64,000 nucleotides of DNA from Eledone cirrhosa (Eukaryota): contig OZ024745.1 in the NCBI GenBank assembly GCA_964016885.1, positions 63,674,001-63,738,000 on the forward strand. Reading direction: 5' to 3'. A program made the translations under genes and the position numbers. How positions within the stretch are numbered: the stretch's first letter is position 1; each line of letters opens with the position of its first letter. This document shows positions 55,339-64,000 of this stretch, piece by piece. The notes under the pieces are model-generated. The model worked only from the letters and a program-made list of their open reading frames with translations, made no database searches and was not told the DNA's origin.

Positions 55339-56550
55339 TTTAAGAATAATGAAACAAATTTGAAATCGTCGGAATTATTTAAAAAACGCAACAGTTTTGG
55401 TCGATTTAAGTGTAGTCTAAAAATATACCATGAACGATTTTCATTCATAGTATAAATATTTACGATCAGGGATATAGTCAATCTGTTGTTATATTTTCTC
55501 TAAATTGTGTTTTGTGATGGATTTAAATCATTATAACCAATATTGGATTGCTGTTGACCAAGGGCCTTGTTTCAGGGGGGTACAAGGGGACAAATCCCTT
55601 CCCCCACTTTTTCAAACGACTTTATTTTATTTTTTGTTTATTTGATATAATAAATTCTTTTTAAGCTTATTTTTTTATATCTGAATTTCATTTGAATCTA
55701 TAAAATTTAATTAGTGTAACATTTTACTTATGTGATTGGGTCCGGAGAAGGCACCATAAGCAATATATGCTCTTTTAAGAATCAACAAATGTTGGTTTGT
55801 CCCCCTCACATTTTTAAAGCAAACGAGGCCCCTGCTGTTGACTCTCCAGCGTCCCTCCAACATTTGGCAGGTTTTGATTTTCATCTCACAGGTTCTCCAA
55901 AATCCTCCTCCTCACCAAGCAAGCTTAGTGGGTTTGTCTGTTTTGAACAATGCATAATGGTAAATATATTGTTAAGTAAACGCGCCTTCTCAGTGCACAG
56001 CAAGGTGTTGGCGGTTTGACATATGTTTCCTTGGGCTTAATTGATTAAGCTTCAAAAACATACGCTTGCAAGTTTGAGTCTATATATGTATAGAGAAAGA
56101 CACTCACACAAACACATATGCATGCATCTATTTGTATTCAAAACGAATAACCGAACGAATTACTCAGCTGAGACTGCGCATGACTAGATCAACGCAAAGA
56201 CAGCAGCAACTCTCTCCTGGCTGATATTGTAATCAAGTACTAATGGTATGAAAATAAATAATATATAATAAATAAATACATACAAATAAAATTACATTTT
56301 AAACCCTCAATATTCAGTGAGGCATTAAAATGTAAGTAAATAATGAATAATTTCCTAACCCGAATACTATATATATATATATATATATGTGTAGAAGTTA
56401 TATTTAATTTGTTGGGATACAACAAGCAAATATTTTTATAACTGATATAAAGCACTCAAAAAATTATTGGAGTAAAAATACAATATATTAACAAATGGTC
56501 GCATTCTTTAAGGGCATGTCAATATTTGTTTATAAAACTGATCTATATTA

Positions 56551-56615
56551 TATTTTATCTGATGAAAGCGCACCATAATTAGCTTTGGTGTCCTTGAAAT
56601 ATGTATAATGAAATA
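56551..56615 (+). ncRNA. Type-I hammerhead ribozyme motif
   Basis: tattttat CTGATGA aagcgcacca..tggtgtcctt GAAA tatgta TA atgaaata. Stem I is 8 bp. It lies about 45 nt before a TA tract. Confidence 0.7.
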
Positions 56616-56673
56616 AATATGGTTTTATAAATATAGTTTCCATTTGTTAATATATTGTGTATATATATATATA

Positions 56674-57279
56674 TGGTGGCTGCCAACTCGTTTTCGAGTA
56701 CGGCCACTACTTTATATCCATGTAGGAGGACCCCTACCGATGCGCTGAACGAGTGTGACTTTTCAGTCCGGCCAGCGACTTGAAAACTTTGGTACAAACA
56801 CTACACATGTGACAATTATTGACACATAGTGCTGGGCCCATGGTACCATGTGACGACAAGTGCAGAGAGATCTCCAGATATAAAGCAATGCCTGTGCCGT
56901 GAAGTTTTTATAGTGAGCAAAGGCACTGCACAAAGCCAGTCCCACTCTCTTAACCAAGATGATATTTACCAAAAAGAAGAACAAGTCAACATCATTGGAT
57001 ATCATCAGGGTTGCAGGTGTGACATCAGAGTTTTCCTTCTTCTAGAATTCTGCCTTGACAAAGGCTAAGGGGTCATCTCTCCCGGTGATTTTGGATGGCC
57101 ATTGACTCTTAAGAGCTCCTTTGCCCTTCGACAGGTTTTGTTTTTAGTCCTGCAGGATGTCCAAAGTCACCCTCCTCACCAAGAAACCTTGGTGGGGTTG
57201 CCAGTTTAGTCGCCAACGACCCGACCATGGGACAGGTTGTACTGGGCTACATGTTAGCAGTAGCACCAACTGGTGACCT

Positions 57280-57282
<3 letters not shown>
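56674..57282. mobile_element. Unclassified ~610-bp interspersed repeat in (TA)n
   Basis: Longer copy of 19398-19800. The ctcctcaccaag hairpin segment resembles 55900-55940. Confidence 0.75.
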
Positions 57283-57368
<86 letters not shown>

Positions 57369-57828
57369 TATATATTTCGTTTCTGAATTTGTTTAGCAAG
57401 ATTCTTTATCTGAAAACGTGTGTTGAAACCGATATTGTTATACTTTGGGAGGGTCATGTTGCCAATAAGAAACACACGCACCAGTTGTTTCACTTCAATT
57501 TATTATAATAAATTTATAAATTTAGGAATTTATAAATTTCCGGTTGGTTGGTTGGTTCCACAACCAGGTGGTTGTTTATATATTGTCAAAGTTCTTTCGT
57601 CACACATTCTGTGACCTCTTCGGTGATTGGGGATTCTTTTCTTTGTTTTTGTGCCTCTCTTTTTTTCTGTCCCACGCCATCTTGTTTCTGTGTGTGTGTT
57701 GTGTGCTCAGTCTGCGCATGTGCCACATCCGGGTGTCTGTGTGTGTTTATATTCGTTTATTTATTTGTTTATTTACATGTTACAGGTTGGTTGTTTGTTC
57801 TATGTGCGTGTGTGTTTTCATTTTGTCC

Positions 57829-58258
57829 TTAATTGTAAGTTGTGATGTTGCTGTTCCACTCATATTTTCTATTTAATTTTGGTTGTAATTCTTTTATGTT
57901 TATTGCCTCTGTGATTTGTCTAAACATTGCGTCTTTTCTGTGTGTAGATTCTATTTTTATTTCTATGTTCTCTAATTTACCCTTATGTTGTATTTTAGCA
58001 TGTTGGTAGAGTACAGATGATTCTGTACTATCTTGAAGGTCTCGCCAGTGTTCATTTATCCGTTGCCCTACACTACGAGCTGTCTCACCTATGTACACTA
58101 TATTTTTGTCTCTACATTGTCCTTCAGTACATCTTATGCTATATACTACATTTCTAGTTTTACAGTTAATATGGGGGCTTAATTTACAGGTTATACATTT
58201 CTTATCTATACAGGGAGGTCTTTGAAAAGGGTATGTCTTGCTAATAAGTGTTTTTACG
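57829..58258 (-). pseudogene. PLE Cys-rich linker plus GIY-YIG endonuclease, 5'-truncated
   Basis: PCIDKKCITC..CKTRNVVYSIRC..VYIGETARSVGQRINEH..LYQH..RQITEAINI..PKLN. Confidence 0.9.
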
Positions 58259-58339
58259 GAGCACACAACACACACACAGAAACAAGATGGCGTGGGACAG
58301 AACAAAGGAGAGGCACAAAAACAAAGAAAAGAATCCCCA

Positions 58340-58382
58340 GTCACTGAAGAGGTCACAGAATGTGTGACGAAAGAACTTTGAC
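58340..58382 (+). ncRNA. Minimal hammerhead motif in PLE pLTR (mutated mirror copy at 57585-57627)
   Basis: gtca CTGAAGA g gtcaca gaatg tgtgac GAAA gaac TT tgac. Confidence 0.7.
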
Positions 58383-58528
58383 AATATATAAACAACCATC
58401 TGGTTGTGGAACCAACCAACCAACCGGAAATTTATAAATTCCTAAATTTATAAATTTATTATAATAAATTGAAGTGAAAGTAACTGGTGCGTGTGTTTCT
58501 TATTGGCAACATGACCCTCCCAAAGTAT

Positions 58529-58568
<40 letters not shown>

Positions 58569-58825
58569 GTACACCTACATATACACACCACCTTCAGCCC
58601 TCCCCGCTCGGACACTCCGCCCCCTCTCCCGACTCCACCTGCCACCACCCTACACGCCCCACACCCTTCCACCACCTGTTTTACTTCATGTGTATTTTTA
58701 TTTTTATTTTTATCATGCTTTTATATTTAATTTCATTTGTACCGTTTCCTCTCACCCCCTTTTTTCTATATGTCTCTCCACCACTCCCCTACACACCCTT
58801 GGAACTCTCTTCCCACACTCTTTTC

Positions 58826-58857
58826 ACCTGAAGAAGGGCTTATGCCCGAAACGTCGT
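58826..58857 (+). ncRNA. Minimal hammerhead motif, weak stem I
   Basis: CTGAAGA a gggc ttat gccc GAAAC GTC, about 90 nt before (TA)n. Confidence 0.55.
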
Positions 58858-58947
58858 TCCCCACCACCACCCCACTCTCAAGAGCGTGAAACTAGTAAAC
58901 TTTTGTTCGTACTGCCTCTCTGTTTTGTTCCCATTCAATTTTTTATT

Positions 58948-59002
<55 letters not shown>

Positions 59003-59084
59003 ATATATATATATATATATAAATTTATATATATATATATATATAAATTTATATATATATATATATATAAATTTATATATATAT

Positions 59085-59175
<91 letters not shown>

Positions 59176-59230
59176 TTGTATATGTCTGTATATATATATA
59201 AATATATATATAAATATATATATATAAATT

Positions 59231-59269
<39 letters not shown>

Positions 59270-59299
59270 ATATATATATAATTGGTTGTATATGTCTGT

Positions 59300-60605
59300 A
59301 TATAAAAATATATATATATGTATACCGCCTCTGCATATGCATGTGGTGTGTATATGTGCATATACGTGCAGAACATATTGGTGTGTATAATCTTGAGATG
59401 TCCCACTGCGGTGACTTCATGATATTGGCTCTTGAAGCTATTTTTTATATATCTTTTGTATGCGCTGTTGAGTATGCATATTAACCCGCCTGACCCAACT
59501 GTGTTTGCTTGCTTTCGGCTAGCCCTGCACATCTTGCTTTCGGCCCACTTGTCTGCCTCTTGCTGCTGCACGTGAATTCTCCTACCTTCCTTCGATGTAC
59601 CTCTGTTGACCATTGGACTCCTGCCCCGGTGTGAACCGGTTTGTGATTACCCCACCGCTCAACTGTGTGAATGCACACCCGTGACTTTCGAGTGAACTTT
59701 TGAGACTGCCCAACCTGGGACGTCTCCATTGCATTGCAATGGTCAAGTGATACTGATAACTGTGACACTTAGGGCCTTCATGGGCCCCTGATATATTCAA
59801 GAAATATATTCTAAAAAAATATATATCTTATCTCAATTTACTTTATTTTATTTTATCTTATTTCATTCCATTTTATTTAATTTTATTTATTTAATTTTAT
59901 TTAATTTTATTTAATTATATCTTATATTATATTATTTTATTTTAGTTTATTTTATTTTATTTTATTTTATTTTATTTTATCTTATTTTATTATTATATTA
60001 TATTATACTTTATTTTATATAATTTTAATTTTAATTTTATTTTATTTTATTTTATTTCATTCCTTACCCTGTATCACTATTATCTGTATATTTTATATGT
60101 ATGTTTTTTATATTTTCTTATATATATTATATGTCTATTTTTTACCTATTTTTCACCTATTTTTTATCTATTCTTACCTACTCCTATCTATCTTATCTAT
60201 TCTTGTCTGTTCTCTTATCTATGTGTATGCTTGTATGTAACTATATGTTGACAGCACCCCGCGCAACTGTGACTGATAGCACCCCTTATTTCAATGTTTA
60301 CTTTTCAATGTTTATTTTTATTTTTACTTCCTCAATATTTTTTATATTTTTTATCTTTTATTACTTTTTATTCTTTATTTCTTCAATGTCTTGGATTTGT
60401 TATTGCTTGTGTAATATGTAATCAACCTTTATGCTCTGATGAGTCCCACTTATAGTGCGGATGAAACAATGTTAGCATTGGCATATGCCATAGGCGTTCT
60501 TTGTTATTGATTATATCACGGCTCTGTCCTCAGACATCGAGCTAACCTTATACTGCCTGTTGGATAAGTGGAGTGTTATACACCCCTGATCCTCTCCCTA
60601 ATATA
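59300..60605 (+). mobile_element. Probable non-autonomous PLE derivative
   Basis: Possible GIY-YIG remnant ([19 protein letters not shown]), a long (TTTTA)n tract, an HHR at 60431 and a (TA)n end. Confidence 0.5.
60431..60478 (+). ncRNA. Minimal hammerhead motif
   Basis: atgct CTGATGA gtcc cacttatagtgc ggat GAAAC aat GTT agcat. Confidence 0.7.
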
Positions 60606-60629
60606 CTATATATATATATATATATATAT

Positions 60630-60846
60630 TAGAAAGTGAGGTTTTTTTACAAAATAAAAAAAAAACCGAGGTGTCCTACACGAGTGAAAGTATAAGGAAA
60701 AAAGATGAAATCAAAAGTGCAACTGGAGTCTATTTTTAAAAAAATATATTTATTTGGTTCCTTTACCGGTTTCGCATTTCTTGTGCTTTTCAAAAGTAGA
60801 ATTGAGATGGAGGGTTTGTGGTTTTTTCGATTTCATCTCTTTTCCT

Positions 60847-60850
<4 letters not shown>
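60630..60850 (-). mobile_element. Short fold-back PLE-type end
   Basis: 60691-60712 (ataaggaaaaaagatgaaatc) is mirrored at 60829-60849, with (TA)n on both sides. Confidence 0.65.
60761..60796 (-). ncRNA. Hammerhead motif, U3-A8 covariant
   Basis: ctt TTGAAAA gca caagaaa tgc GAAAC cg GTA aag, with palindromic stem III ACCGGT. Confidence 0.6.
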
Positions 60851-60938
<88 letters not shown>

Positions 60939-61031
60939 CTTATATATATAACATGAGGAAGAATGAAGTATATGATTGCATCAAATACGTACAAACATAA
61001 AGTTCCATGTTGATTTATACACATACACACG

Positions 61032-61069
<38 letters not shown>

Positions 61070-61076
<7 letters not shown>

Positions 61077-62035
61077 CTGTGGTTGTCTGTCTGTCTATCG
61101 ATTTTTGGCACACATCTCCTCTTAGAATCTCTGACGGAATTGCACCGAAATTGCTATACTTGTACATTGAGCCCTAGCGAAGACATCGGAAAAGAAATAT
61201 TTCAAATTGACCCACCCTATGTGACGAAATCGAATCTAATGTATCGATTTTTGAGCGTAAGTGACGAGTTATTTCCCTTTATTCTGTTTACATTGAGCGT
61301 CTGCGTGCAAAAATTAAAAAAATTACGCTGGCTTTCTCAGCGTTTAAAATGACATTAACACAATACACGAACAGTTGTCGAGCCAGCAAAATTTTGACCT
61401 GCAAAATTCATCAGTTCGAACACTAAGCTTCCGTTTTGCTTCATTTCCATTTAAAAGCCTTTTAAAACAATATTTTTACTTGAAAACAAGTCTATTTAAA
61501 GACTACGTAAAACAAGCAAATATTTAGTAAAAAAAAGCAAAAATTATATAAGTTTATTTAAAATATATGTATCTGTAAATTTCGTTAGGCGTGCAGACAG
61601 ACAGTCGTGCAGACAGACAGTCGTGCAGAGAGGTGATATACGCGTGCAGAGAGATAGTCGTGCAGAGAGGTGATATAGGCGTGCAGACAGACAGTCGTGC
61701 AGAGAGGTGATATAGGCGTGCAGACAGACATATCTGATAATTTGGTTACGCTAATGTTTTTCTCTGCGTTGCAGTGTTTACATTTTCGATCTTTGTTAAT
61801 AAATAACCAGTGTAGTTTTTATCCCAAGCATCCTCTTTTGTTATAACATTCGGGTTATCGTTATGTTTTCTTAACTTCATAAGGCATATTGTTGGTTGAG
61901 GGAATATTAATCAAAAACATCACATGCAAGTCTGCACAGTAGACACTACAGTTTTTAAACCAAAAGAGAAACTTAACATTGTAACTTTAACACAGCTACT
62001 GAGCGACCCCGAGCAACGCCGGGCTTTACTGCTAG
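61070..62035 (+). mobile_element. Non-autonomous Helitron-like element
   Basis: 5' tatataaagctg..(gtct)n. 3' hairpin cccg-agcaacgc-cggg (62008-62023) then CTAG|T at 62032-62036. Internal 16/21-bp gtgcaga minisatellite at 61590-61730. Confidence 0.7.
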
Positions 62036-64000
62036 TATATATATATATATATAAAATATATACACTATCTTTTGGAGATACGGGATTCCGTTCCTCGTAG
62101 TGGCCGATGGCAACTTATTTTGCTGTCTTTATGTGACTTCAAGCTATTGTATAATCTATTTTATAACAATTCCGTGCATAAGCACGCCGCCCTTTCTATT
62201 TATATTTAGCTTTTTAAATGTCTTTTCATGTTTTTATGACTCTAGTTGTGCATGTATTATTTATTTATAAACATGCGCCAGAAATATACCTGATTAAAAT
62301 ATAGATCAGGATAGTGCTGTTGTTCTAGTTTTACGGAGAAACTGCTGAGTAATTCACTCGGTTATCCTTTACAAATAATTTATTATTTATAGCCTTTTGG
62401 TGAATCATCAACTTAAAAGCACAAAACAAATGCAAATACTAAAGACTTTAAATGAAAATATATGTACAAACTTAAGTAAGTATGCATATACATAAAGAAA
62501 AAAGCACTCAATGTGTATTTAGTGTATTATTTTGTAGATTAGCAGCAATCCGAATCCCCTATCAATATGTTTCTTAAGTGTGCAGCTACATACTATTTGT
62601 TTCTTCAGATTTCCGTGGAATGTGATATATATGGATCGCAAGCAACCAGAATGTAAATATCCTTTTGGTCATGGGATGCCATTGGATATGAGAGCTCTTG
62701 TGATATAATTAAACACTTGATAGCTATGATTTGTTGGAATATTCAAAAGTAGAAGCTGGATTTCGTTGAAACTGTAGCTGTGTTTATCCCAAAAATATAT
62801 TCTCTGCTGCTTGATTTATACTGGGGCAATGCAAATGTTCATCAATGAGGATAGAATCAAATACTTTCAAACTTTTTGGTGATTAGTACCTTGAGTATTT
62901 ATATGAAACGGAGGAAATATACCTCTTTCGCGGAAACTAACGGTATGAATATGATGTTTATAAGGTAATCTGAATCCGCTTTCGGTAAGCTATAACAGCT
63001 TTTTCGTTGGCCTTGGGAAGTCAATGTCCCACCACAAGGAAAGAGGCTCGATTTCGGCAATCGGCGTTGGGATGTTGAGATATAGTTATGACAGATTTGT
63101 GTTTGGGATTAGGGCGTGCAATGGGGTGGGGGTGTATGTTATCTAGACAAGAATACATAGCTTTAACATTGTAGGTATTTAGAGATCTTATGGTATTTAT
63201 ATATAGTAGTGCCTAACGCAAGATTAAATATTTACTAACGTTGTTGTTGGTTTCAAATGCACCGTTGGTTTCAAACATTCTGCTGTGGTTAATTTTCTCT
63301 TGAATGTCGTGAACGTCTACGGCCATTGACTCTGGCGAATTAAAGGCTTTGGTGAAAAGTAGATCCTCGCTCATTTGGCCTAAAGCTTGCAGGAGAGTTC
63401 GGTGTGTGCATTAAAACAACATATGAACATTTGAACAAAATTTGAAGTCAAAGATACTTGAAAATGGGTACAAAATGTGTTATATAAAAATCCGAAAAAT
63501 TCGTGTTATGGTGTCTGGTGTTCAATTCTTTTGTGCCACAAAATCGAACCAGTTCACGATTAATTGTTGATGGTGATTCAGCTGTGGACTTTCTTGTTTT
63601 CGCCTTTGTCATTTAGTCGAATGTCAACACTAATCCAGCAGAGCGCCTCTCTTTTTTATGGTATGTGGGAAACTATATGCAATATGTCAGGTCCATACAA
63701 TAGCGTGCGATTTGTACAGACGTTTATATTTATTTTCACAGTTAATGTAACTATGTAAAGGCTCACACGATGGCTGCACTCACAAGAGGTTTTTTAACTA
63801 GCAAAGGTATTTTCAAAGAGATTTCATCTGAGCGTGTTGCATTATACTTTTAATTCACAATGTATTTATTTTGTGTCCCGTCATTTATAAGACGTTATAC
63901 TAGAGGGATTTGTCTACTATATCGTAGAGCTATCTAAATCTTTATACAACATTTATTGCATTGAAATGCACCAAATCAGGATTGGCATCTTAGAATTGAA

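Larger units (their letters stand above)
57378..58536 (-). mobile_element. Penelope-like (Neptune-type) 3' fragment with inverted pLTR arm
   Basis: 57432-57708 is the reverse complement of 58260-58536, with a GIY-YIG ORF between the arms and (TA)n on both sides. Confidence 0.9.

Noticed and set aside
58259-58419. N-terminal part of the 196-aa ORF, and likewise the first residues of the 249-aa ORF at 35110-35152
   Set aside because: These are read through inverted non-coding arms and are not part of the real protein.
62590-63500. Non-repetitive stretch that might be coding or a decayed TE
   Set aside because: No long ORF and no recognisable motif.

Overview
AT-rich, microsatellite-saturated animal genomic DNA. 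The tRNA-derived SINE family and repeat make-up resemble octopus/coleoid cephalopod sequence; this is an inference, not a database match. Most ORFs in the track are (TA)n/(CA)n artefacts, and no intact protein-coding gene is visible, only a few candidate + strand exons. The window holds decayed non-LTR retrotransposons (R4/Dong-like, RTE, L1/Tx1), two Penelope-like (PLE) GIY-YIG fragments, a Helitron-like element and more than 10 SINE copies. The main signal is an RNA-based mobile system. Reading by eye gives about 18 minimal type-I hammerhead ribozyme (HHR) motifs, intact or degenerate, from roughly 10 different sequence families. Almost all lie shortly upstream of a 3' end that runs into a (TA)n tract, and many sit in head-to-head fold-back insertions. 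The clearest case is a near-identical tandem array of a non-coding 466-nt unit (47107-49496, 5.1 copies). Each unit carries one canonical HHR, and the array is followed by an inverted, circularly permuted 460-nt copy, as expected for a recent retrozyme-like (circular RNA) insertion. A second HHR-to-HHR non-coding unit of about 2.03 kb shows the same logic. Ribozyme calls come from manual base-pairing, and activity is untested.
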